Source of the DNA: an uncultured Acidobacteriota bacterium
GTDB taxonomy: Bacteria; Acidobacteriota; UBA6911; RPQK01; JAPXNP01
Assembly: GCA_963777605.1 (NCBI GenBank)
Contig: CAVZRV010000030.1
Coordinates: forward strand, 320,001 to 384,000
Reading direction: 5' to 3'
Length of the DNA stretch: 64,000 nucleotides
Below the pieces are notes generated by a model. The model ran no database searches, had not been told where the DNA came from, and worked only from the letters and a program-made list of their open reading frames with translations. This document shows positions 51,368 through 61,630 of the stretch, piece after piece. Position numbers and translations under genes: made by a program. Position 1 is the stretch's first letter; each line of letters starts with the position of its first letter.

Positions 51368-53892
51368 GTGATTCGCTATTTCACCAGGGCACTGTTCGCC
51401 CAGATTCGATCGGCATCGGTTCTCTACCTGCTGACGATACTGGGAGTAGGTGTCGGAGTTGCGGCGGTTGCCGCCATCCAGTTGATCAATCACAATGCCA
51501 TCAACGCCTTTGAGGCCGGTATCGATGCGGCGACGGGCCCCGCCGATATCATCGTCGAGGGAGCCACCCCGTCGTTCCCCGAGACCGTCCTGGGCCGCGT
51601 CCTTCAGACCAAAGAGGTTTTGGATGCCAGGCCGGTCTTTCAGGCCGAGGCGATACTGGACGCGCCGAAAGCTGTCCGGGTTGAGGTCCTTGGGCTCGAT
51701 CTGAGTCGTGGAGTCCCCCTTTCCCGGTCGCAGGCGGTAGACCTGCAGTCCGCCCTTGCGACTCCCGGCTGGTGCCTTGTCAGCAAAGCCTTCGCAGGGC
51801 GCGTCGGGGCAGCGCCAGGTGACCGCCTTCCGCTTTCGGTCGGATCTCACACTGCGACGCTCGTTGTCGGGTCCTTGCTCGATTTGCGGCGCCTCGGGCC
51901 CAGCTCCGGGCGGGCTCTCGTGATTCTCGACATCTCGCAGGCCCAGGGCCTTTTCGGGGACCGCGGAGAGATCCAGAGAATCGAAGTCGAGGTTCAACCC
52001 GGTTCCGACCTGCGTGCCGTTGAGCAACGGCTGCGGACGGCTCTTCCCGTGGGGTTCCAGGTGTTGACCCCGGGAGAACGGCGAGAGCGGGCCAGGGCGC
52101 TCCTCGGGGCTTTCCGCCTCAACCTGACCGCGCTTAGCCTGATCAGCCTGTTCGTCGGCCTGTTCATCGTATACAGCAGCACCCAGGCCTCACTGGTTCG
52201 CCGCCGCCGGGAGTTCGGGTTGCTCCGTTCGCTGGGTGCCACGCCGGGACAGGTTCTGGGCCTGATCCTGAGCGAAGTCTCCCTGCTGGGCGTTCTGGGC
52301 GTCGCGGTGGGGATTCCGCTGGGCTACTGGGCGGCCGAGTCCAGCATGACCTCGGTCAACTCGACCCTGACCAACATCTACCTCCTGGGACGGGTCGAAC
52401 ATCTCCGGTTCGACCGCTCGATCTGGGCGCTGGCCGTTGGAATCGGTCTGGCCAGCGCGCTCGCCGGAGCGATCCTCCCGGCCGTGGACATGAGCCGTAG
52501 AGATACTCGCTCCCTTCTGGCTGCGTTCTCCATCAGGGACCGACTCTTCTCATCCGCTCCGACACTGCTGAAGGCGGCGATTGTGATTCTGTTTTCGGCC
52601 GGAGTTGTGGCCCTGGTCGGGGGAAGTTCGTGGAAACCCGGAGGTTTCATTCTCGGTGTTGCCGTCCTGGTCGCATTGCCACTGTCCGCTCCCTGGCTGC
52701 TGATCACTCTGGCGGGACGGGTAACGATCAATGATTTTGGCTTTCGATTTGCCTTGCGGACTCTCGCGGATCGGATTCACAACACCGTCTTCCCGATCTC
52801 GGCCCTGGCCATTGCTGTGTCGATGCTGGTCGGCATCACCCTCATGATTGGCAGCTTCCGGGAAACGGTGAAGGTCTGGATCGAGACCACCGTCGTCGCC
52901 GATCTCTATGCAACTGCCCGGTCCTGGCGCGGAGCCGGCTCGGAGGGCGGGTTCGACGAAGCGACAGTGCGGCGGTTCGCCGCGCAGGACGGCGTATTGG
53001 CGGTGGACCGGATTCGAACCATCCCCGTCTACGTCGACGGTAGCAGGATCCTTGTTTCAGGCGTCGATCTTCACACTCCGGAGAGCCGCCACCGCTATCC
53101 GCTGCTCTATGGCGACCGCAGTCGTGCCTACCGGGAACTCGAGGACGGGGAGGCGGTCCTGATCAGTGAACCGCTTGCCCGAAAACGTGGTCTCGAAGTC
53201 GGAGACAACCTCGTTCTTCCCGGCGTAGCCGGGCCCACGGCCTTCCGTATAACCGGGGTATTTTACGACTACACGAGTGAGTGGGGCCTGGCGGTGATTC
53301 GGTTCGACCGAGATGAATGCGACCTTCGGTCCGGGACGGCCTCACAGCCTGGCCCTGTACCTCGATCCCCAGTCGGATCAGGAGGCCGTGCGGTCCGGAC
53401 TGGAGGAGAGGTTCGCGGATGACCCGGTTCGCATCATTAGTAACGGCCAACTCCGGAGCGGGGTCCTGGACATCTTTGACCAGACCTTCGCCGTGGTGCG
53501 CCTGCTTCAGTTGATGAGTCTCCTGATCGCCGCCTGTGGAATCACGCTGACGCTGCTCATCCTGGCCCGGGAAAGAGTCTCCGAACTGGCTCTCTACCGG
53601 GCACTTGGGGCCGAACGGACCCAGGTCTTTCTGGTGTTTCTGGCCAAGGGTGCCGGTATCGCGGCAGTCAGCAGCATCCTCGGAGTGGTGGGCGGGACGG
53701 CCCTGGCCCTGATCCTGGTCCTGCTGATCAATCGAGCCTATTTCGGCTGGACGATTCAGCTCAGCGTGCCCTGGATCGACCTCGCAGCGAGCCTGCTGCT
53801 GATTTTTGCAGCGGCACTCTTAGCCAGTATTTACCCGTCGGCTTCGCGCCAGTCGAACACCGGTGACGGAACTCAGTCGGGAGGACCTGTGA
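51368..53892 (+). CDS. FtsX/MacB-like double permease (AttF/G-like), frameshifts near 53310 and 53838
   Basis: AFRLNLTALSLISLFVG, RRREFGLLRSLGA, MIGSFR.TV, IFDQTFAV, INRAYFGW; shifted frame ends LRASRTPVTELSREDL at 53892. Confidence 0.82.
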
Positions 53893-55082
53893 GACCACTT
53901 TCAGTCCGATCATCAACTGGAACTCTTCAGGTGCGCGAGTGGAACATCGTCCGATTCCTGCTGGTGCTCCTTTTGGCTGGGGGGGGGCTCCTGCCGGTTC
54001 TGGGCGCGGTCTCGGCGTGGAGAGTACCGGATGACGCTTTCCCGTGGAAGTTTCCGGAGGACCACTGGGCCCACCGGGACTTCCGTATCGAGTGGTGGTA
54101 CTTCACTGGCCACCTGCTCGAATCGAAGTCCACGAACCCAAGGTTCGGCTACCAGTTCACCATCTTTCGCATCGGACTGAGCCCGACGGTTGCCGCTCAG
54201 GACTCCGACTGGTCTTCGGGACAGTTGCTGATGGGGCACGCGGCGGTATCCGATCTGGAAAGAAAGAAGCACCGATTTGCCGAACTCGTTTACCGGGAAC
54301 ATCCTGCGTTGGCAGGATTCGGAGAGTCGCTTCGGAACCCGGTTGCCTGGTCGATCGGCCCGCCTGGGACCGCCGGACGCTGGGAGCTCAGCTGGACGGA
54401 GGACGGCTTCAGCTTTTCCTCCGAGGCCGGCAAGGACTTCGGTTTCTCGCTCGAGACTCGACCCGCGACCGGTCCCGTCCTCGAAGGGCCCGGCGGCTTA
54501 AGCCAGAAATCGACTGAGCCCGGGGCGGCCAGCCTCTACTACAGCTTCCCGCGCCTGGAGACCTCGGGGACGGTGCGTCTCGGTGACGAGGAGTTCACGG
54601 TGACGGGGGAGTCATGGATGGACAAGGAATTCAGTTCCGCCTTCCTCTCGAAGCAGCAGTCCGGTTGGGACTGGTTTAGCCTCCGGATGGAAGACGGGCG
54701 AAGCCTCATGCTGTACCAGCTCCGACGCGAGTCGGGAGCGGTTGATTTCCGGGGTGGAACACTGATCGGGACCGGCGGAGAAGTCCACTACCTTGGAACG
54801 GGAGCCTGGGAAGCTGAGATCGAATCGTGGTGGACGAGCCCGGAAACCGGAGGCCGCTATCCGGTGGCCTGGAGGGTGCGGTTGCCTGAACAGGCGCTCG
54901 ATCTCAGGGTCGAGTCCGATTTTGCCCAGCAGGAGAATGTCTCGAAGATGATCCCGTCGCTCGCTTACTGGGAGGGTTCGGTACGGGTCTCCGAAGCGGG
55001 GAGGCTCGTGGGCCGGGGGTACCTGGAAATGACCGGATACGTCCCCGGAGGACGCCTTCCAGTCCGCCTCGGCCAGGAGTGA
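53889..55082 (+). CDS. Lipocalin-like/CrtC-family protein (AttH-like)
   Basis: FPEDH..H...RIEWWYFTG, GYQFTIFR, ASLYYSFPRL, SWMDKEFSS, GWDWF, YWEG, GYLEMTGY; its fusion to the permease in the ORF track is caused by the 53838 frameshift. Confidence 0.85.
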   Translation: MRPLSVRSSTGTLQVREWNIVRFLLVLLLAGGGLLPVLGAVSAWRVPDDAFPWKFPEDHWAHRDFRIEWWYFTGHLLESKSTNPRFGYQFTIFRIGLSPTVAAQDSDWSSGQLLMGHAAVSDLERKKHRFAELVYREHPALAGFGESLRNPVAWSIGPPGTAGRWELSWTEDGFSFSSEAGKDFGFSLETRPATGPVLEGPGGLSQKSTEPGAASLYYSFPRLETSGTVRLGDEEFTVTGESWMDKEFSSAFLSKQQSGWDWFSLRMEDGRSLMLYQLRRESGAVDFRGGTLIGTGGEVHYLGTGAWEAEIESWWTSPETGGRYPVAWRVRLPEQALDLRVESDFAQQENVSKMIPSLAYWEGSVRVSEAGRLVGRGYLEMTGYVPGGRLPVRLGQE

Positions 55083-55096
55083 ACTCCTGGGCAAGC

Positions 55097-55492
55097 CTGA
55101 AACTTCATCCCTGGCATGGGTTGGAAGACCTGGAAGGATTGCAGGTTCGGATCGAGGCAGCGGTGAGCGGCAAAGCGCCAGGTAGACGATTGTCGGCTCG
55201 ATGCTGGTTCGTGGTCTGGTATCAGACGTGAAGGGGCGATGACCCGGGAATCTGGGCCGGGCCCTGAAAGGGCCAGGTTTCAGCCCAGGCATTTGCCTGG
55301 GTCTGGGTTCGCCTGGTTAGAACAATTTAGCCCTGTAGGGGCGGCACACCTCTGCAAGCGAGAATAATTAGGCGCGACCTTACAGGCCGCGATCGCGGTG
55401 CCGGGACGACAAACCCAGGGCAAGCCCTGGGCTGAAATCGGCGGCGCCTACAGCGCCGTGGACGTCTGTCCACTTTCACTGTCTGAATGGTC
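55097..55492 (+). repeat. ~390-bp structured dispersed element, copy 2
   Basis: Colinear with 13834-14216; hairpins gccctgaaagggc, cccaggcatttgcctggg, cccagggcaagccctggg. Confidence 0.8.
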
Positions 55493-55522
55493 CGGCGGCC
55501 GCCGGGGGCAAGCCTGACTTGT

Positions 55523-56545
55523 CTAAAGCCGTGCGATCACCGAGTCCGCGAACGCCATGGTGCCCAGATCTCCGCCCAGGTCGCGCGTCTTGCAGCCGTC
55601 GGCCAGGGCCTGGTTATAGGCGGCCTTGATTCGGTCTCCAACCTGGCGAAGCTCCGGTTTCCCCTGCTGATCCGACATGTAGTTGGCCATCGTGACCGCC
55701 GACATCAGCAGGGCCAGGGGATTGGCCAGGCCTTTTCCGGCGATGTCCGGGGCCGACCCGTGAACGGCTTCGAAGATCGCCACGTTCTCGCCGATATTGG
55801 CACCGGGGACCACGCCGAGCCCGCCGACCAGACCCGCACAGAGGTCACTGACCACGTCACCGTAGAGATTCTCCAGCAGGAGCATGTCGAACTGGCCCGG
55901 GTCCTGAACCAGTTTCATGCAGCCGGCGTCGATGATGACCTCTTCGTACTCGATGTTGGGGTAGTCCACGCGGTGAACTTCTGCCGCACAACCGATGAAG
56001 AGGCCGTCGGTCATCTTCATGATATTCGCCTTGTGGAAGACGCTGATCTTCTTCCGGCGGCGCTGGGTGGCATAGCGGAACGCCCAGTGGGCGATGCGGC
56101 GGCAGGAATGCTCGGTGGCGACCTTCATGCTCATGACCACACCCGGCGTAACCTCGTTTTCCACCCCGCTGTAGAGACCTTCCGTGTTCTCCCGGATGAT
56201 GATCAGGTCGATATCCTTGAACCGCGTCTCGACGCCCGGCAGGCTCCGCACCGGGCGAACCGCGGCATAGAGGTCCAGTTTCTTGCGAAGTCCCACGTTG
56301 ACCGAAGTAAACCCTTTGCCGACCGGCGTGGTGCAGGGACCTTTGAGTCCGATGCCATACTGGCGGACCGCGTCTACAGTGGATTCGGGCAGCACGCTGT
56401 CCCCTTCCGCCAAAGCTGCGATCCCGGCTTTATGTTCGATCCAGCGAATACCTGAATCAGCCGCCGCGAAGATCTTTTTTACTGCCTCGGTGATTTCGGG
56501 GCCGATTCCATCCCCGGGAATTAGTACCACGTCGTTTGAATTCAT
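55523..56545 (-). CDS. NAD-dependent isocitrate dehydrogenase-like (ICDH/IPMDH family)
   Basis: GDGIGPEI, LKGPCTTP, SVNVGLRK, RENTEGLY, HKANIMK, NLYGDVVSD, EAVHGSAPDIAG. Confidence 0.92.
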   Translation of the reverse strand: MNSNDVVLIPGDGIGPEITEAVKKIFAAADSGIRWIEHKAGIAALAEGDSVLPESTVDAVRQYGIGLKGPCTTPVGKGFTSVNVGLRKKLDLYAAVRPVRSLPGVETRFKDIDLIIIRENTEGLYSGVENEVTPGVVMSMKVATEHSCRRIAHWAFRYATQRRRKKISVFHKANIMKMTDGLFIGCAAEVHRVDYPNIEYEEVIIDAGCMKLVQDPGQFDMLLLENLYGDVVSDLCAGLVGGLGVVPGANIGENVAIFEAVHGSAPDIAGKGLANPLALLMSAVTMANYMSDQQGKPELRQVGDRIKAAYNQALADGCKTRDLGGDLGTMAFADSVIARL

Positions 56546-56665
56546 GATTCCCCCAAACTGATGCGGACATTATAACTTAGCCTGGTGGTGCTGGCTTCCG
56601 GCTCACGGTGACGGAAATTTCGGGAGTTGACCTTCGTCTTCTTCCATCTTATGGAATAGGGGTAC

Positions 56666-59119
56666 ATGAAAAACCAAGATCACATTGAAGAAGAACAAGT
56701 TGACGCCGTTGATCCCGTGGATGAGACAGGCCAAGAGGAGTCCGAGGCAACCCCGGAGGCTGAAGACGGGGGACAACTGGTCCTGGCCGGCGAGATCCTT
56801 CCCGAGTCCATAGCGATTCTCCCGGTGCGCCCGCGACCCTTTTTCCCGGGAATACACATTCCACTGCAGGTTTCCCAGGAGCACGTGGCTTCAATCGAAA
56901 GTGCCCTCGAGACCTCACATCGCACCGTCGGATTGGTTCTGGCGCGCGACTTCACTCGTTCGGAAAAGCCAGAAAACCTTTATTCAGTGGGAGTTGCGGC
57001 CCGGATCCTGAAAGCGTTTAGACAGGAAGATGGGTCAGTCAGCATCCTGGTCGGCTGCCTCGAGCGGTTCGAGATCGAGAAGATCCACCTGGTCGATGGT
57101 CAGTTTTTCGCTCACGTGGCCTATCATTATGCGACCGAGCTCTCTGTCAACCAGGAGTTGAAAGCCTACTCGCTGGCGATCATTTCGGTCCTCAAAGAGC
57201 TGATGAAGCTGAACCCTCTCCAGGAGGAGTCCATCCGGATGTTCCTGAGCCGATCCTCCTTCGAGGATCCCGGCCAACTGGCCGATTTCGCCGCCAACCT
57301 GACGACGGCCGACGGCCCCGAACTGCAGGAAGTCCTGGAAGAATTCGACGTCCGTCACCGGATCGACAAGACTTTGGTGCTGCTGCGCAAGGAACTGGAG
57401 GTTTCCAGGATCCAGCAGAAGATCACCAAGCAGATCGAAGAGAAGATGACGAGCCAGCAGCGGGAATTCTTCCTCAAGGAACAGCTCAAGGCGATCAAGA
57501 AAGAGCTGGGCCTGGAGAAGGACGGGAAATCGGCCGAGATGGACAAGTTCCTGGAACGGCTCCGCACGCTGAAGCTGAACGAGGAGGCGCGTCAGGCGGT
57601 GGAAGAGGAGATGGAGAAGCTCCAGGTCCTGGAGCCGGCGTCGCCGGAGTACACCGTAACCCGCAACTATCTTGACTGGCTCACTATTCTCCCCTGGGGG
57701 CGGTTCAGCAAGGACGCCTTTGGCTTGCGCCGCGCCCGCCGGATCCTTGACCGGGAGCACTACGGCCTGCAGGACGTCAAAGACCGTATTCTGGAGTTCA
57801 TCGCCGTCGGGCGCATGAAGGGTGATATTGCCGGGTCGATCATCTGTCTGGTGGGTCCTCCCGGAGTGGGAAAGACTTCCGTCGGGAAGAGCATTGCCCA
57901 CGCCCTTGCTCGCAAGTTCTACCGATTCTCGCTGGGCGGGATGCGTGACGAAGCCGAGATCAAGGGCCACCGGCGGACCTACATCGGAGCCATGCCGGGC
58001 AAGTTCATCCAGGCGATGAAGACCGCCGGCACCGCGAACCCGGTGATCATGCTTGACGAAATCGACAAGATCGGCGCTTCTTTCCAGGGCGATCCGGCTT
58101 CGGCTCTGCTGGAAGTACTCGACCCCGAGCAGAACATGACTTTTCGTGACCACTACCTGGACGTTCCATTCGACCTTTCGGATGTCCTCTTCGTGACGAC
58201 GGCCAACCAGCTCGACACAATTCCGGCACCCCTGCTCGACCGGATGGAAGTAATTCGGCTCTCGGGCTACATCATGGAGGAAAAGGTCGAGATCGCGAGG
58301 CGTTACCTGATCCCTAAAGCTCTCGAGCGGCACGGTCTGGATTCTTCCCATGTTACGGTCACCCGGAAGGCACTCGTTCGCATGATCGAGGGATGGGCGC
58401 GCGAAGCCGGCGTTCGCGGACTGGAGAACCTGATCCGGAAGATCCTGCGCAAAGTCGCTCTTGAGATTTCTGAAGGACGAAAGGCGAAGGTCAATGTCAC
58501 TCCGAGGAGGCTGGAATCGTTTCTGGGCAATCCGGTGTTCAACGACGAAGAACCGGCCGAACCCAAGCCCGGGGTCGTCAACGGGTTAGCCTGGACCAGC
58601 ATGGGCGGCGCCACCCTGCAGATCGAGGCGGCGGCGATTGCCAGTGAGCGGAAGGGATTCAAGCAGACCGGGCAGCTCGGCCAGGTGATGGTTGAGAGCT
58701 CCGAGATCGCTTTTACCTACATCATGGCTCACCTGGCGGACTACGGAGTCGAGGCCGATTTCTTCGATCACCACTTCGTCCACCTCCACGTGCCGGCGGG
58801 CGCGACTCCGAAGGACGGTCCTTCGGCCGGCGTGACGATGGCAACCGCGCTGCTTTCGATGGTCCAGGGCAAGCCGGTCGTCCCCGACATCGGAATGACC
58901 GGCGAGTTGACTCTGACGGGCCGAGTGCTGCCCATCGGCGGCGTTCGCGAAAAGGTGATCGCTGCCCGGCGAGCCCGACTGAAGATGCTGATTTTTCCCG
59001 AGGCGAACCGAAAGGACGTGGAAGAATTGCCCGATTACCTGGGGAAGGGAATCACGATTCATTTCGCGAAGGATTTCGGCCAGGTCTACCGGTGGGCATT
59101 CGATTCGGTGGTACATTGA
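56666..59119 (+). CDS. lon: ATP-dependent Lon protease
   Basis: Lon N-domain, GPPGVGKTS, GHRRTYIGAMPG, DPASALLEVLDPEQN, PKDGPSAG, PIGGVREK. Confidence 0.97.
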   Translation: MKNQDHIEEEQVDAVDPVDETGQEESEATPEAEDGGQLVLAGEILPESIAILPVRPRPFFPGIHIPLQVSQEHVASIESALETSHRTVGLVLARDFTRSEKPENLYSVGVAARILKAFRQEDGSVSILVGCLERFEIEKIHLVDGQFFAHVAYHYATELSVNQELKAYSLAIISVLKELMKLNPLQEESIRMFLSRSSFEDPGQLADFAANLTTADGPELQEVLEEFDVRHRIDKTLVLLRKELEVSRIQQKITKQIEEKMTSQQREFFLKEQLKAIKKELGLEKDGKSAEMDKFLERLRTLKLNEEARQAVEEEMEKLQVLEPASPEYTVTRNYLDWLTILPWGRFSKDAFGLRRARRILDREHYGLQDVKDRILEFIAVGRMKGDIAGSIICLVGPPGVGKTSVGKSIAHALARKFYRFSLGGMRDEAEIKGHRRTYIGAMPGKFIQAMKTAGTANPVIMLDEIDKIGASFQGDPASALLEVLDPEQNMTFRDHYLDVPFDLSDVLFVTTANQLDTIPAPLLDRMEVIRLSGYIMEEKVEIARRYLIPKALERHGLDSSHVTVTRKALVRMIEGWAREAGVRGLENLIRKILRKVALEISEGRKAKVNVTPRRLESFLGNPVFNDEEPAEPKPGVVNGLAWTSMGGATLQIEAAAIASERKGFKQTGQLGQVMVESSEIAFTYIMAHLADYGVEADFFDHHFVHLHVPAGATPKDGPSAGVTMATALLSMVQGKPVVPDIGMTGELTLTGRVLPIGGVREKVIAARRARLKMLIFPEANRKDVEELPDYLGKGITIHFAKDFGQVYRWAFDSVVH

Positions 59120-59125
59120 GAAGTT

Positions 59126-60148
59126 ATGGTGAAATTGCAGTCTGAACGCCTTCCAGAGTCCCGCTGGATGTTTTGGGTTCTCTGGATGGCAGCGCTGTCC
59201 AATTTCGTGTTCGGCGCCCTGCTCTCCGTGTTCACTGGGAATGCCTTCCGGATGCTCGGCGTCGAGTCCCCGGTGGTGTCTCTGGTCTGGGAAGTCGTCG
59301 GGGTTGCGGTGGCAATTTACGGAGTTGCTTACGCGGTCGCCGCGTTCGACCCTGCCCGCTACTGGCGCCTGGTTCTGATCGGCCTGGTTTCGAATGTGGC
59401 CGGGCTCGCTGTTTTTCTGTATGCGGCCGTCTTCCACGGTTTTCCCTGGAAGTTCGGCTGGCTGGTCTTGCTGGTTGACGGAATCTGGCTGGTCCCGTTC
59501 GGGGCCATCCTGCATTACACCTATCAGCGTTTCCGAACGGAGCGGTCCGCCGCCTACGGTTCGATCCGGGAGGCTCTTTGCGTATACCGGAACGGCGACG
59601 GAGAGGATCTCCTGACTCTCTCCTCGCGGGGCCCTCTACTGATCGTTTTTCTGCGGCACGCGGGGTGTACGTTCTGCCGCGAGGCGATGGGAGACCTGGC
59701 CGCGGTCAAGCGCCGCATCGACGAACGAGGCACCGAGTTGGTGGTGGTCCAGATGGGTTCGGCCCGCGAGGGTGCGGAACTGGCACAGCGGTTCGGCCTG
59801 CGCCCCGGACAGGCGGTCAGCGATCCGTCCCGGCGCCTTTACCACACCTTCGAACTCCGGAGAGGCTCCCTCTGGGAGTTGATCAACCCGAAAGTGATAT
59901 TCCGTGGTTTCACGGCCGCTTTTCTGAAAGGGTACGGGATGGGGAAGGTTCGGGGGGACAGCACCCAGATGCCCGGCGTCTTCCTGGTTCGGGACGGGAA
60001 AGTGGTCCGAGAATACCGTCACCATTCGGTAGCCGATCGCCCCGATTATATTGCCCTGGCCTCCCTGAGTGCGGAAAACCCGGCAGGCGGAGCGGGCGCC
60101 GGGGACACGGCGGACTCGAGCCTGGTCGGATTCCGCACGAATTCGTGA
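59126..60148 (+). CDS. Membrane protein fused to a peroxiredoxin-like (AhpC-TSA_2/SelL-related) redox domain
   Basis: About four N-terminal TM helices; VFLRHAGCTFCRE, SDP...LY..F.L, GD..QMPGVF, ADRPDY. Confidence 0.82.
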   Translation: MVKLQSERLPESRWMFWVLWMAALSNFVFGALLSVFTGNAFRMLGVESPVVSLVWEVVGVAVAIYGVAYAVAAFDPARYWRLVLIGLVSNVAGLAVFLYAAVFHGFPWKFGWLVLLVDGIWLVPFGAILHYTYQRFRTERSAAYGSIREALCVYRNGDGEDLLTLSSRGPLLIVFLRHAGCTFCREAMGDLAAVKRRIDERGTELVVVQMGSAREGAELAQRFGLRPGQAVSDPSRRLYHTFELRRGSLWELINPKVIFRGFTAAFLKGYGMGKVRGDSTQMPGVFLVRDGKVVREYRHHSVADRPDYIALASLSAENPAGGAGAGDTADSSLVGFRTNS

Positions 60149-60339
60149 GATTGCAGCAGTTTGGGTGGCTTGGAGAACTGGATGAATTGGCTTTTTGGTG
60201 CCCGGGGGAGGGGCGACTTTGAAAGCATGTCGCTGCTCGCAGAGCCGGGGGTAAGGCGAAGCCGCCCCCCGGGCTCCGGCATTCTGCATTGAAGAGAATT
60301 TCGCAGTTTCCCTTGCACTGACAAATCGCTCCGGCGACT

Positions 60340-60369
60340 TTGCCTGCGGACCGGAACTTCAGGTATAAT
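60340..60369 (+). promoter_or_regulatory. Sigma70-type promoter for tRNA-Arg
   Basis: TTGCCT-18 nt-TATAAT, 17 nt upstream of the tRNA. Confidence 0.6.
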
Positions 60370-60386
60370 CCCCTTTCGTTTTGAGT

Positions 60387-60463
60387 GCGCCCGTAGCTCA
60401 GCTGGATAGAGCGCCGGTCTACGAAACCGAAGGTCGCCCGTTCGAATCGGGCCGGGCGCGCCA
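60387..60463 (+). tRNA. tRNA-Arg(ACG)
   Basis: Cloverleaf: acceptor gcgcccg/cgggcgc, D-arm gctc/gagc, anticodon loop ctACGaa, T-arm gcccg-ttcgaat-cgggc, encoded CCA. Confidence 0.96.
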
Positions 60464-60538
60464 TTTTTTTCAACAGCTTACGACCCGCGTAGCAACGGTG
60501 GCTCGACCCACCTTTCCTGTTTGTGTCCTGCGGGGCCA

Positions 60539-61630
60539 TCATGCGGCCCCTTCCTTCTCTTCTTCCTGCTTCTGCTTGGCACCTTCGATCAGATGCAAAC
60601 CCCGTTGAACCGCCAGCCGGTGTGAGTGGAACGCGTAGAAGCGTTCCGTTGTCGACAGCCGCGAATGTCCGAGCAGCGTCTGAATCGTGTGCTTTTCGAG
60701 GCCCGGAGTGTTCGAGAGCCGGATTCCAAAGGCTGTGCGCATGTCCTTGATACGAAGCCATGAATAGCCTGCGGCTTTGCGGGCCGAATCCCAAGGCTTG
60801 CGACAGTCGAACCAGCGATCCAACGTCTTCGGGTTGTAAAACACGTGCTCACCGACTCTCGGCATTCGGCGGATAGCCTCGCTCGCCGGCTGCGTCAGTG
60901 CGATGTAGCGAAGCTCTCCGGCTTTCGTCTTCGGCAGCACGACCAGGTGATCCTCGAGGAAAACCTGATCGTGCTTCAAAGAGAGTGCCTCTTCCCGTCG
61001 GCAACCCGTCTCATAGAGAAAGCGAAACACCGGCTCGCACTCCGGTCGGAGCTTTGCTAGGGTTTCCTGCAGCGCCTGCTCGAGGATCGGCAGGTACCGA
61101 TCGGCGATCGCCGGCTTGTGCTGCTCGTGGAGCTTGCGCAGGCGCGGAATCGGATTGCGTGAGATGAGCTCCTGCTCGACCGCCCAGTTCAGCATGTGCT
61201 TGAGCACGGCCAAGTCTCGATTGATCGTGGCCGCGCTGAGGCCGTTCCGCATTTTCTTTCTCTCGGAGATGAACACCGTCACATCGAAGGGTGAAAGCTC
61301 CTCGACAGGGATGTGCCCGAGCTGATCCGTCAGCAGGCGCAAGCGACTGAACTTGGTCTGCGGATCACGATTCGCAACGAGAACGTACTGCTCGTAGTAC
61401 ACGTCTGCCAGTTCCTTCAGCGACGAGGTCGGTCCCTCGGTCTTGTTCAGCTCGGCCAGAGCTTCCTTCACTCGACCTTCCAGCCGCGCGATCTTTAGCT
61501 TCAGTTCGGCCGACTGAGCCAATTCCTCGGTCGGATAACGGCGTCTCCACCTTCGATTTCTGTCTCGACGATTTCCGGGCAAATAGATGCTGATCTCCCA
61601 AGACCCGTTGGGGAGTTGTTTAATGCCCAA
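60539..61630 (-). CDS. Tyrosine recombinase/phage integrase
   Basis: TTG start after AGGAGG; SAATINRDL, ETGCRREE, PKTK, IKDMR, LLGHS..STT..FY. Confidence 0.9.
   Translation of the reverse strand: MGIKQLPNGSWEISIYLPGNRRDRNRRWRRRYPTEELAQSAELKLKIARLEGRVKEALAELNKTEGPTSSLKELADVYYEQYVLVANRDPQTKFSRLRLLTDQLGHIPVEELSPFDVTVFISERKKMRNGLSAATINRDLAVLKHMLNWAVEQELISRNPIPRLRKLHEQHKPAIADRYLPILEQALQETLAKLRPECEPVFRFLYETGCRREEALSLKHDQVFLEDHLVVLPKTKAGELRYIALTQPASEAIRRMPRVGEHVFYNPKTLDRWFDCRKPWDSARKAAGYSWLRIKDMRTAFGIRLSNTPGLEKHTIQTLLGHSRLSTTERFYAFHSHRLAVQRGLHLIEGAKQKQEEEKEGAA

Noticed and set aside
53313-55082. Apparent permease-lipocalin fusion protein (589 aa)
   Set aside because: Explained by a frameshift near 53838; the natural permease end and an overlapping GTG start are visible
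59126-60148. Selenoprotein
   Set aside because: Redox motif is encoded as Cys-x-x-Cys with no in-frame TGA
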